Positions 45,116-54,005 of a DNA stretch of 64,000 nucleotides are shown here, piece by piece; within the stretch, counting starts at the first letter, position 1; each line of letters starts with the position of its first letter. Origin of the DNA: Dysosmobacter sp. Lineage in GTDB: Bacteria; Bacillota; Clostridia; Oscillospirales; Oscillospiraceae. The stretch covers positions 245 to 64,244 of the forward strand of contig JBFLFX010000001.1 of assembly GCA_041859815.1 (NCBI GenBank), written 5' to 3'. A program made the position numbers and the translations under genes. The notes under the pieces were generated by a model. The model was not told where the DNA came from. It ran no database searches and was given only the letters and a program-made list of their open reading frames with translations.

Positions 45116-47644
45116 TCACAGCATATTGCACTGGTTTGCAAATTTGATTCTTTCCAACTTGAAGTTTGACTCGGCAAGGGATGCGGCCCAGAGACTGACC
45201 ATCTGATAAATCTGTGTTTTCATTTCATTTTTGGAAAGTACGCGGGTTTGTGTGGAATCGGCACCGTTTATCTTGTCGTAATTTCTACGGCGTTTATACT
45301 CAAACCGTACAAGCTCTCCAAGCTCCTCCTCTGAAAAAGCCGGGTTCTCCGCCTTGTCATCGACATAGAGAACGTCGTATTGTATAAGCAAAAGCGCTTC
45401 AGGAATGTTTTTAACATGATCTCGGTAAAAGCCCTTTTGAAATTCGTCCAGCCTTTCCCATGGCATGGAAGTGTTATCGCCGGTAACGGCAATGGAATTT
45501 TCCAATACATTATATTTGTCCCGTAGCAGCTGCGCTATGATATCGACCTTTTCGCTAAAAATAGCATCGTGCATCATATATCTCAAGAACTGCTTTTCAT
45601 CAAGATGAAGCTTAAGCTGCTCCTTTGGAGGCAAAGACGACTGCTCCCATTTTTTGGCCTGTGCCAATGTACTCATATCCATAATGGCTTCCACCGATCT
45701 TGATTCATGTTTGTATTTTGGTATTTTGAGCATAGCCCTGAGAACACCATCATCAATCTGCGCTTCTCCCTTTTCGTTAATTAAATGCGGAAGCTTTTGT
45801 TCAATCAACGACCGAATCAGCATAGCCCTTCTAAGCATAAAGAGCTGGTCGTTGTCGTCGCTTTGATTAGGTCCGAGTATATTGATATAACCCCTCAAAC
45901 GGCTAACAAAATCAGGCCCTTTGTTTGCTTTAAATTCATTCAAAAATATCCGCTTATTGTCTTCGCCTTCAATTTTCTCTCCGCAAAATTCTGAAAACGA
46001 ACTGCTGGTTCCTCCGACAAAAACGAAGATCGCCTTTCCGATCGGGTGAAAGGTTTCCTCGCCCCTGTAAACGCCATCCTGCATAGGAGACAGAAAATAT
46101 TTTAGCCATCCGAGGTTTCCTTCAAAGTAAGTGTCGAATTCGTCAAACACAACAAGCGGAATTTTCCCCATAAGATTTAAATCACTTATTTTATGAAATG
46201 CCGTTTGTAGTTCAAGAGGTGTTGAAAATTGAGAAATATTATAATTCAGCTTTTGAATGTCTTCAGGAAATGTGCTTGTTGCCATCTCGGTAAGCCCGTA
46301 GGATTTACCGGAACCCGGCGTTCCGAATATGGCGATGGATAGCGGACGAATAGTATTCTTGGATGAGATATATTCCGAGATCAGATTGTGTATAGTTCGG
46401 TAGCTTTCAATTTCGATCCTGTCAACTGTTTTCAGCTTGCCGAATCTGGCGGTAGGGATACGCATAAGGACATTTTCCTCGCCGTTTTTAACCAGATCAT
46501 AAGCCATTTGCGCAATACTCGCGGAACTTTTTCCTTGTAAAATGCACCAGCTGTCCTGATAGTCCCTGTTTAAAACACTTGGGATTTTTACGTCCTGTAT
46601 ATGATTCAGGATAGTCATATCGGTGGAATTCCGCTCAAATATTAGAGGGTTGGGGAAAAGGAAAGAATCCGGATTTCCCCCAAAACCATAATGAAAGCAT
46701 TTTCTGATTGCATTCATCCCTTCACGAATGCCTTGGGAAATCAAGGTTGAAAGTTCATCCGTTTCTTCTCCAAAAAAGGTGGCAGCGAGCCCCGCTACAA
46801 AGGCGGATGTAAGCCCGTACATTTTCCCCAAAGCCTTTTGCTCGAAGTCTCCCTCAAACTCATAAGGCAAAAAGTATAAGCGGGCTTCAGGATTGCTGTC
46901 ATTTTTATAATAGATAACGCCTTCCAATCCAAACAGGACAATCAGATGTCTGCATTTTGACAGGAAAGACAGGCTCGGGTTATTGCTGAGCTGCCAGACG
47001 AAATCAAGGGCTGTCTTCTCCCAGGACAGGCTTTTGCTGATATTGACACCTTTTGAACGGAGGTCGTCGGCATTAATGATGGCGATGGTGTTGTCATTTT
47101 GATACTGGCCTAATTGCTGCCAAAGAGCGCTTCTTCCAGTTGGATTATCCATTTTATACAAAACAATCGGCGTTTCCCCTGGGCTTTTAATTGCAGACGG
47201 CCAGTAACTCTCATCGTTATTAAAACCATTGTTTTCGTCATCTATGATAACGATTCGGGCATCAGAAGCATCGTCTTCTATAGGAAGCAGCCCCGGATTC
47301 CCGCTTGCCGTGCCGGAGAGCCCCATAAACCGGCCCACTCTGTAGACCTTTTCCTTTTTCCTATCGGCAGAAGAAGGAAAAGGTTCGATCTCAACAAATG
47401 AGTGTAAAAAACGATCGGTATAAGGACCGATGCCCTTTGGAATAGACGGAGAAATAATCTGTTTTCCGGTCGCCAACGCAGTCATTTCCGCCAAAAGCAA
47501 TGATTCACCCGGCTTAGATATACTGTGCAAATTAGTTCTATTTTTCCAGTTTAAACCTTCATGTCCCTGTGGCAGCACACTCCACATCAGGGTATTGATA
47601 CATATATCGCCCGTAACGACAATTTTAGTCTCTTGATTTTTTAT
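45116..47644 (-). CDS. large P-loop NTPase: degenerate ribokinase-like N-domain, AAA ATPase core and two RyR-like C-terminal repeats
   Basis: Walker A is IFGTPGSGKSYG and Walker B is IPLVVFDEFD. The listed ORF starts at the ATG at 47587 with no SD. The frame stays open upstream to an ATA (47644-47642) placed 9 nt after AAGGAGG (47660-47654), adding IKNQETKIVVTGDICINTL. Confidence 0.85.
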   Translation of the reverse strand: MKNQETKIVVTGDICINTLMWSVLPQGHEGLNWKNRTNLHSISKPGESLLLAEMTALATGKQIISPSIPKGIGPYTDRFLHSFVEIEPFPSSADRKKEKVYRVGRFMGLSGTASGNPGLLPIEDDASDARIVIIDDENNGFNNDESYWPSAIKSPGETPIVLYKMDNPTGRSALWQQLGQYQNDNTIAIINADDLRSKGVNISKSLSWEKTALDFVWQLSNNPSLSFLSKCRHLIVLFGLEGVIYYKNDSNPEARLYFLPYEFEGDFEQKALGKMYGLTSAFVAGLAATFFGEETDELSTLISQGIREGMNAIRKCFHYGFGGNPDSFLFPNPLIFERNSTDMTILNHIQDVKIPSVLNRDYQDSWCILQGKSSASIAQMAYDLVKNGEENVLMRIPTARFGKLKTVDRIEIESYRTIHNLISEYISSKNTIRPLSIAIFGTPGSGKSYGLTEMATSTFPEDIQKLNYNISQFSTPLELQTAFHKISDLNLMGKIPLVVFDEFDTYFEGNLGWLKYFLSPMQDGVYRGEETFHPIGKAIFVFVGGTSSSFSEFCGEKIEGEDNKRIFLNEFKANKGPDFVSRLRGYINILGPNQSDDNDQLFMLRRAMLIRSLIEQKLPHLINEKGEAQIDDGVLRAMLKIPKYKHESRSVEAIMDMSTLAQAKKWEQSSLPPKEQLKLHLDEKQFLRYMMHDAIFSEKVDIIAQLLRDKYNVLENSIAVTGDNTSMPWERLDEFQKGFYRDHVKNIPEALLLIQYDVLYVDDKAENPAFSEEELGELVRFEYKRRRNYDKINGADSTQTRVLSKNEMKTQIYQMVSLWAASLAESNFKLERIKFANQCNML

Positions 47645-47878
47645 TTTAAATAACCTCCTTGTTTTTGCGCTTTTTGGCTTACCTTGCTGAGCAGGGCTTA
47701 ACGTACTAACTATTTGTAGAGAAAATTAAAATCACAAACGCCACAGGCGCAATAAATCTGTATTTAACTGCAATCGTTTTTTCAAGGGATCTCATCATAT
47801 CACATAAACAGTTTAAATGATACAAATATATTGATAAATAATAAATAAAATAATTCTAATAATTATTTGAATATTATG

Positions 47879-47907
47879 TTGACATATTATTCTGATTGGT
47901 ATATGAT
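47879..47907 (+). promoter_or_regulatory. sigma-A type promoter, TTGACA-17-TATGAT
   Basis: Exact consensus -35, a 17-nt spacer and TATGAT. It lies 38 nt upstream of the Phd-like ATG, within the AT-rich divergent spacer. Confidence 0.55.
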
Positions 47908-47944
47908 GCATTTAGATAAAAGAAAAATATAGGAGAAAACAACA

Positions 47945-48226
47945 ATGAATATTTCTGCAAAGGCGATCGTCTCAAACTCCGATATGATAAAAAACTATAA
48001 AGGCTGCCGGGAAAAAGCAGAAAGTTTCGGTAAGATTTTTGTCTTGAAAAACAACCAGCCGGACGCCGTTTTATTTTCCATTACCGAATATGAAAGGCTT
48101 TCAGGTTTTATTGAGTATATGGAAAGCCTTGAAGATCAAGATATGGAAAAAGTCATCGAGTCGTTGCCAAAGGAAGGAATCCGCAGAGGATACTCATTTG
48201 ACCATTTAAAAAATGATTTAAAATAA
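47945..48226 (+). CDS. Phd/YefM-like antitoxin-fold protein, with no cognate toxin adjacent
   Basis: 93 aa. The N-terminal pattern SNSDMIKNYKGCREKAESFGKIFVLKNNQPDAVLFSITEYERL matches the Phd/YefM fold signature. AGGAG lies 9 nt upstream. Confidence 0.6.
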   Translation: MNISAKAIVSNSDMIKNYKGCREKAESFGKIFVLKNNQPDAVLFSITEYERLSGFIEYMESLEDQDMEKVIESLPKEGIRRGYSFDHLKNDLK

Positions 48227-48320
48227 AGCACAGCGGTAGGAAATAATTTAAATAAACACTCGAAACCTTTTATATAGAGAAAATATATAGGACCATTCAT
48301 TAGAAAAGAGGGGCTTCATT

Positions 48321-48494
48321 ATGCTTTTGAAAGATCATTCATCAGACTGCGAAAAAAGTCTAAAAGTGCGAGTTAGTTGGCTTGTCGCCGGTATGGGTAT
48401 TGCAATTACTTCCATCTCGGCAATAGAAGTTCTTCTTGCTGTAAGGCGGAAAAAGAAAGCGCAAAATGAATTATTAAATAAGGAAACGATATAA
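48321..48494 (+). CDS. 57-aa single-TM protein translationally coupled to the SPFH gene
   Basis: Below the ORF-track cutoff. AGAGGGG lies 7 nt before the ATG. Sequence: MLLKDHSSDCEKSLKVRVSWLVAGMGIAITSISAIEVLLAVRRKKKAQNELLNKETI. Its TAA overlaps the SPFH ATG (TAATG). Confidence 0.45.
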   Translation: MLLKDHSSDCEKSLKVRVSWLVAGMGIAITSISAIEVLLAVRRKKKAQNELLNKETI

Positions 48495-49384
48495 TGAGCT
48501 TTACAGTTATTATTGCCGGTATTCTGATACTTGCATTTGTTGTTTTCTTCGCTGGCATCCGAGTCGTAAGGCCGACAGAACGCGGGTTGATAGAGACGCT
48601 TGGAAAATATACAAAATTCGCGCTTCCGGGATTCCATTGGGTGATTCCCGTAATACAGCGGCTTTACCGGATCAACATCACCGAGCAGATGGTCAATGCC
48701 GAGCCGCAGGAGATTATCACAAACGACAACCTGAACGCTACTGTGGACGCTCAGATCTACTTCAAGGTTAGGCAGGATGAGGAAAGTGTCAAAAGTTCCC
48801 AGTACAACGCCGCGAATTACAAATATCAAATCGTCAATCTTGCAAGAACGACCCTGAGGAATATCATCGGCACCATGTCGCTGCGCTCCGCCAACAGCGA
48901 AAGGGGAAAAATCAACACCGATCTCCTTCATACTCTTGAAGTCGAAACAGGAAAATGGGGCATCGAGATCGTCCGGGCGGAACTCAAAGAAATCGATCCT
49001 CCGAAGGACGTTCAGGAGACGATGAATAAGGTGGTCAAGGCCGAAAACGAAAAGATCGCGGCTATCGATTTTGCAACCGCCGCAGAGACGAATGCGGACG
49101 GCCTGAAAAGGGCTGAGATCAAGAAAGCTGAAGGCATAAGGCAGTCGCGAATCCTGGAAGCCGAAGGAGAAGCGCAGGCCATCAAGTTGGTTAACGAATC
49201 GGCGGAGAAATATTTTGTGGGGAATGCACAGCTTCTGAGAAAATTACAGGCGACTGAGACATCGCTGAAAAACAATGCAAAAATTGTCGTTCCCACCGGC
49301 ACGGAGCTGGTCAACGTGATCGGTGAGCTTGCGGGGGTTTTGCCGATTGAGAAGCCTGCTGCAAAGGCTCTGTCGAGAACATGA
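48494..49384 (+). CDS. SPFH/band 7 domain protein (stomatin/HflC-like)
   Basis: An N-terminal TM helix, then IRVVRPTERGLIETLGKY...VDAQIYFKV...IEIVRAELKEIDPP and a coiled-coil tail. Confidence 0.9.
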   Translation: MSFTVIIAGILILAFVVFFAGIRVVRPTERGLIETLGKYTKFALPGFHWVIPVIQRLYRINITEQMVNAEPQEIITNDNLNATVDAQIYFKVRQDEESVKSSQYNAANYKYQIVNLARTTLRNIIGTMSLRSANSERGKINTDLLHTLEVETGKWGIEIVRAELKEIDPPKDVQETMNKVVKAENEKIAAIDFATAAETNADGLKRAEIKKAEGIRQSRILEAEGEAQAIKLVNESAEKYFVGNAQLLRKLQATETSLKNNAKIVVPTGTELVNVIGELAGVLPIEKPAAKALSRT

Positions 49385-50382
49385 ATATGCCGCGCTTTCA
49401 ATCAAGACTGAAAAGCTATGATAATACATATAAAGACCTGTTCGTCCGCCATCAGAACAATCCAATTTTGACTGCCGAAGACTGGCCGTATCCGGTGAAT
49501 ACGGTATTCAATCCCGCGGCAACATATTTTCAAAACAAGGTGCTACTGCTGACCCGTGCGGAAGACCGAAGGGGATTTTCCCATTTCACAAAAGCCGTCA
49601 GCGAAAAAGGTGTTGTCAACTGGATGGTGGATACGCAGCCCACGTTTGAATCGGACCCGGAAAATTATCCTGAAGAGGCATGGGGAATTGAGGATCCAAG
49701 AATTACTCGGCTTGACGAACTGGACGCATGGGCAATCACCTATACCGCATATTCAAAATCCGGTCCCATGGTATCTCTTGCGCTGACAAAGGACTTTCAG
49801 ACGTTTGAGAGGATGGGTCCCATCCTGCCCCCGGAAGATAAGGATGCCGCTTTATTTCCAAGGAGAATTGATGGCAAGTGGGTTTTGATTCACAGGCCAA
49901 TTGTTACCTGCAGCGAACCCGGTGCGCATATCTGGGCATCAGATTCGGTTGACTTAAAGAACTGGAGCAATCACAGAATCCTCATTCCTGCGCGGGCAGG
50001 CGCCTGGTGGGATGCAAGCAAGGTCGGTTTGAGCGCGCAGCCGCTTGAAACACCGGAGGGCTGGCTGATTCTGTATCATGGCGTGAGACTGACCGCGGCG
50101 GGAGCCATCTACCGCTTGGGGCTGGCGCTTCTTGATCTTGAAAATCCGTTCAATGTTTTGCGAAGAAGCGACGAGTGGATATTCGGGCCTCAGGAATCTT
50201 ATGAAAAAGAGGGCGACGTGGGCGGAGCCGTATTCCCGTGCGGATGGATACTCGACCGCGAAACAGGAAAGGTCAGAATGTATTACGGTGCCGCGGATAC
50301 CTGCATTGCTCTTGCCACGGCAAATCTGAACGATTTACTTGAGTATATTAAATCCTGTCCGGAAGTGAAACAGGAAATATAA
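49381..50382 (+). CDS. GH130 family glycoside phosphorylase/hydrolase (beta-mannoside type)
   Basis: FNPAATYF, GIEDPRITRL..WAITYTAYS, KDAALFPRRIDGKWVLIHRP and MYYGAADTCIALATA. The ATG overlaps the SPFH stop (ATGA). Confidence 0.85.
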   Translation: MNMPRFQSRLKSYDNTYKDLFVRHQNNPILTAEDWPYPVNTVFNPAATYFQNKVLLLTRAEDRRGFSHFTKAVSEKGVVNWMVDTQPTFESDPENYPEEAWGIEDPRITRLDELDAWAITYTAYSKSGPMVSLALTKDFQTFERMGPILPPEDKDAALFPRRIDGKWVLIHRPIVTCSEPGAHIWASDSVDLKNWSNHRILIPARAGAWWDASKVGLSAQPLETPEGWLILYHGVRLTAAGAIYRLGLALLDLENPFNVLRRSDEWIFGPQESYEKEGDVGGAVFPCGWILDRETGKVRMYYGAADTCIALATANLNDLLEYIKSCPEVKQEI

Positions 50383-50424
50383 TAAGAATATATTAAGAAT
50401 GTTATTGCAAATATTATATGATGT

Positions 50425-50464
50425 CCGAGCCTGTTTTCCTTTCAGAAAACAGGCTCGGTTTTTT
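50425..50464 (+). terminator. intrinsic terminator after GH130
   Basis: ccgagcctgttttc-ctttca-gaaaacaggctcgg forms a perfect 14-bp stem, followed by TTTTTT. Confidence 0.85.
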
Positions 50465-50569
50465 GGCGCTGCATACGTAAAATTTGATGTCCGCGGCGAT
50501 AGTAATAAATTTGGTATTACGCATATCTGATGGTAGATGGAAACGCCAACATATGTGGAAAGGGGAAAA

Positions 50570-51652
50570 ATGAAAGCATTATTTCTTGCCGGCGGAATGG
50601 GGACAAGGCTTAGGCCTTTAACCGATAAGATTCCTAAACCGATGGTTCCGATTATGAACAAGCCATTACTTGAGCGGAGTATGGAGAATCTCAAAAAATG
50701 CGGGATAAATCAAATTGTTATCAGTACCTGCTACAAGTCCCAATATATAGAAAAATATTTCGGAGACGGCAGCAAGTTTGGGCTCAAAATCGAGTATATC
50801 CGCGAGGATACTCCTTTGGGAACGGGCGGCGCCATTAAAAATACCGGGCACTTATTTGATGATACCTTTTTGGTTTTCAATGCGGATATCCTTTGCAACA
50901 TGGATTTCATGGAACTTGTAAAATTCCACAAATCAAAATTGGCTGCCGTTACGATTGCCGTCACCCGGGTAAGCAATCCCTCCGCATATGGCGTGATCGA
51001 ATATGATAAAAACGGATATGCGCTCTCTTTTACAGAGAAGCCGAAAGCCGATGAAATTAAGTCCGATTATATCAACGCGGGAGTTTATGTGCTTGAGCCT
51101 GAAGTGCTTGGGGAAATTCCAAATGACCGACCGGTATCGGTAGAGCGTGAAATATTCCCCTTGCTATTGCGAAAAGGACACAAGGTCGCTGTATATAACG
51201 GCTGCTCCTACTGGATGGATATCGGTACACCGGAAAAATATCTTCAGACGCATGAAGACATCATGGCCGGAGATTGCCGGCTGTCAGGAGTTCGGTTTAA
51301 CAGCTTAGGCGTTATAAAAGGCTCCCAATCCGCCATAAACATCACTGCCGTAATTACCGGTCCTGTGTATATCGGTGATCGTGTGAAAATCGGGGCATAT
51401 GCAAAAGTCGGGCCGAATGCGGTAATTGGAGACGACGTACGCATTCATGCGGGCGGCAGCGTAAGCAACAGCATACTCTGGAACAATGCAGACATAGGAA
51501 GTCTCGCTGAAATGGACGGCATGGTTGCCGCTTCCAATTTTAAAATCCAGTGCGGAACCATTCCTCACGATAACACTTTGACCAGCAAAATAAATATAAA
51601 GTCTGACGGAAAAGCACTGGGAAAAGAGCTGATGCTCGGCGCAAGACTATAA
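50570..51652 (+). CDS. NDP-sugar pyrophosphorylase (mannose-1-phosphate guanylyltransferase-like) with a C-terminal left-handed beta-helix
   Basis: MKALFLAGGMGTRLRPLTDKIPKPMVPI plus hexapeptide repeats near the C-terminus. Confidence 0.85.
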   Translation: MKALFLAGGMGTRLRPLTDKIPKPMVPIMNKPLLERSMENLKKCGINQIVISTCYKSQYIEKYFGDGSKFGLKIEYIREDTPLGTGGAIKNTGHLFDDTFLVFNADILCNMDFMELVKFHKSKLAAVTIAVTRVSNPSAYGVIEYDKNGYALSFTEKPKADEIKSDYINAGVYVLEPEVLGEIPNDRPVSVEREIFPLLLRKGHKVAVYNGCSYWMDIGTPEKYLQTHEDIMAGDCRLSGVRFNSLGVIKGSQSAINITAVITGPVYIGDRVKIGAYAKVGPNAVIGDDVRIHAGGSVSNSILWNNADIGSLAEMDGMVAASNFKIQCGTIPHDNTLTSKINIKSDGKALGKELMLGARL

Positions 51653-51703
51653 TGCTGATTTTTTTCTGCCGCGCACCGACAAAAAGAAAAAGGAGTAACC
51701 AAT

Positions 51704-52882
51704 TTGATTTCTGAAATAACTATGAATATTGCATTTTTAAGTACATATCCGCCCAGAGAGTGCGGCCTTGCAACCTTTACACAGGATCTTGTAATGCAGC
51801 TGGGCAGGATGCATCCGGCAGGACGGAGCGGGATCATCGCCGTCAGCAACGAAAGTTTGCGGTATGATGATAACGTCATCATGGAGCTTGCGCAGAATGA
51901 CAGGAGCAGCTATACGCAGACGGCAAGCAAGCTGAATAATTCGGATATCGACCTTTTAGTCATCGAGCATGAGTTCGGCATCTATGGCGGTGAACGGGGC
52001 GAATATTTGCTGGATCTTATAGACAACCTGAAAATCCCTTTCGTAACGACGCTGCATACCGTGCTCCCAGAGCCGGATGCCAAACAACGGTATATTCTGA
52101 ATGTCCTTGGTCAAAAGGGCGACAAAATAGTCACAATGGCAAAAAATACGGTTAACATATTGGAAAATGTCTATGGGATCGATCCGTCGAAGATAGCGGT
52201 AATCAACCACGGCGTGCCATATATGCCCATGGAATGCAGAGAAACTTTAAAGGCTGAGAGTGGGTTGGAATACCGGTTCGTTATCAGCACGTTCGGCCTG
52301 CTCGGTCCTGGGAAAGGATTGGAATACGGGATCGAAGCGGTTGCGGATGTGGCAAAGAAGCACAAAAATGTGCTTTATTATATCCTCGGTCAGACTCATC
52401 CCGCAGTCAAAAAAGAATCGGGAGAAGATTACCGCGAGTCTTTAGAAGCGATGGTTGCAAACCTGGGGATCAGCGACAATGTAGTATTTGTAAATGCGTA
52501 TCTGACGAAAGCGGAAATCATCCGATACCTGATGCTTTCCGATATTTATATGACTCCTTATCTAAACAAGGATCAGGCGGTGAGCGGGACGCTGGCCTAC
52601 GCCGCCGGGTATGGCCGTGTGATCGTTTCAACACCATACAGTTACGCAAAAGAGATGCTGTCGCATGGCAGAGGCTTACTTACAAAGTTCAGGGATTCGG
52701 AATCAATTGCGGGCTGCATCGAATACGTGCTTGACCACCCGGAGGAAAAGAAACAAATGGAACAGAAAACATTAGAAACGGGAAAAACAATGATGTGGGA
52801 GAACGTGGGGGAACAATATCAAACTTTGTTTGCAAGCATTATAAAGCATAATATAAAGGCAAGGGATATGGTGACCGCATGA
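51704..52882 (+). CDS. GT4 family glycosyltransferase
   Basis: TTG start 8 nt after AAGGAG. IAFLSTYPPRECGLATFT, and a C-terminal GT-B donor region (VSGTLAYAAGYGRVIVSTPYSYAKEML). Confidence 0.85.
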   Translation: MISEITMNIAFLSTYPPRECGLATFTQDLVMQLGRMHPAGRSGIIAVSNESLRYDDNVIMELAQNDRSSYTQTASKLNNSDIDLLVIEHEFGIYGGERGEYLLDLIDNLKIPFVTTLHTVLPEPDAKQRYILNVLGQKGDKIVTMAKNTVNILENVYGIDPSKIAVINHGVPYMPMECRETLKAESGLEYRFVISTFGLLGPGKGLEYGIEAVADVAKKHKNVLYYILGQTHPAVKKESGEDYRESLEAMVANLGISDNVVFVNAYLTKAEIIRYLMLSDIYMTPYLNKDQAVSGTLAYAAGYGRVIVSTPYSYAKEMLSHGRGLLTKFRDSESIAGCIEYVLDHPEEKKQMEQKTLETGKTMMWENVGEQYQTLFASIIKHNIKARDMVTA

Positions 52883-53925
52883 TAAAAGACAACAATCCAA
52901 GAATATTAAAGACAGCTCATGTTTTTCGTATGACCGACGATACGGGGATGCTCCAGCATTGTATTTATGGTACCCCCAATCGTTCAAAGGGATATACGTC
53001 CGATGACAATGCCAGAGCGCTCATCATGGCCGTAGAGTTTTATGGTCGGTACAGGGAAAAAGCTGTTGAGAGATTGATCACAAAGTACCTTTCCTTCCTG
53101 TGCTATGCTCAAAACCCAAACGGAACCTTCCGGAATTTCATGGCTTATAATCGTGAGTTCTCTGAAGAAAAATCATCTGAAGATTGCTTCGGCCGCTGCC
53201 TGTGGGCGTTGTGTTATACCTTTTCAGATCCTATAATTTCACAGAACGTGAAGAAAACCGCATGGATTCTGGTTGAGAAGGCCATGCCGAATTGCATGAA
53301 GCTAATCTCACCAAGAGCGATCGCATATGTGATCATCGGACTGAAATGTTTGAACCAAGAGAAAACCAATAAATATATTTTAGAGCTGGCCAATACTCTT
53401 GCTGATCATTATGCGCATTACAATGACGGCGAATGGCATTGGTTTGAAGACAGCTTAACCTACTGCAATGCGACACTGCCATGGGCCATGATTGCGGCTT
53501 ACCGAGTTACAAAAGTTGAACAGCACCGGCAAGTCGGATTTGAAAGCCTGAAATTTCTCGAGAGCAAGACCTTTCGTAACGGTTATTTTAAGCCGATCGG
53601 CTGCAAGGGATGGCTTTATAAGGGAAATGATCCCGCCGAATTTGACGAACAGCCTGTCGAAGCCTGTGAGGCAATACTCGCTTTTCTGGAAGCCTATGGA
53701 TCCTCGGGAAATAAAGATTATCTTGAAAGGGCAAGAACCTGTTACTCCTGGTACCGTGGTAAAAATTCAAAGGGCCTCAGCCTTATCGACAACGAGACCG
53801 GCGGGTGCTACGACGCGATAACAGCGGAAGGATTAAACCTCAATCAGGGCGCGGAAAGTATAGTTTCCTTCTGGATAGCTTACTTGGAAATTAAAAAATA
53901 TGAAAATAAAGAAAAGCAAAAATAA
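52879..53925 (+). CDS. hypothetical protein translationally coupled to GT4 (possibly an alpha/alpha-barrel, glycosidase-like fold)
   Basis: 348 aa. ATGA overlap with the GT4 stop. Sequence: FRMTDDTGMLQHCIYGTPNRSKGYTSDDNARALI... I do not securely recognise the family. Confidence 0.7.
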   Translation: MIKDNNPRILKTAHVFRMTDDTGMLQHCIYGTPNRSKGYTSDDNARALIMAVEFYGRYREKAVERLITKYLSFLCYAQNPNGTFRNFMAYNREFSEEKSSEDCFGRCLWALCYTFSDPIISQNVKKTAWILVEKAMPNCMKLISPRAIAYVIIGLKCLNQEKTNKYILELANTLADHYAHYNDGEWHWFEDSLTYCNATLPWAMIAAYRVTKVEQHRQVGFESLKFLESKTFRNGYFKPIGCKGWLYKGNDPAEFDEQPVEACEAILAFLEAYGSSGNKDYLERARTCYSWYRGKNSKGLSLIDNETGGCYDAITAEGLNLNQGAESIVSFWIAYLEIKKYENKEKQK

Positions 53926-54005
53926 TCCGTGGAAAAATGTCTGACTTACGACAGTCAGACATTTTTTTATTCCATGATCAAAACAAAGTGAAAGGCGATG
54001 ATGCG

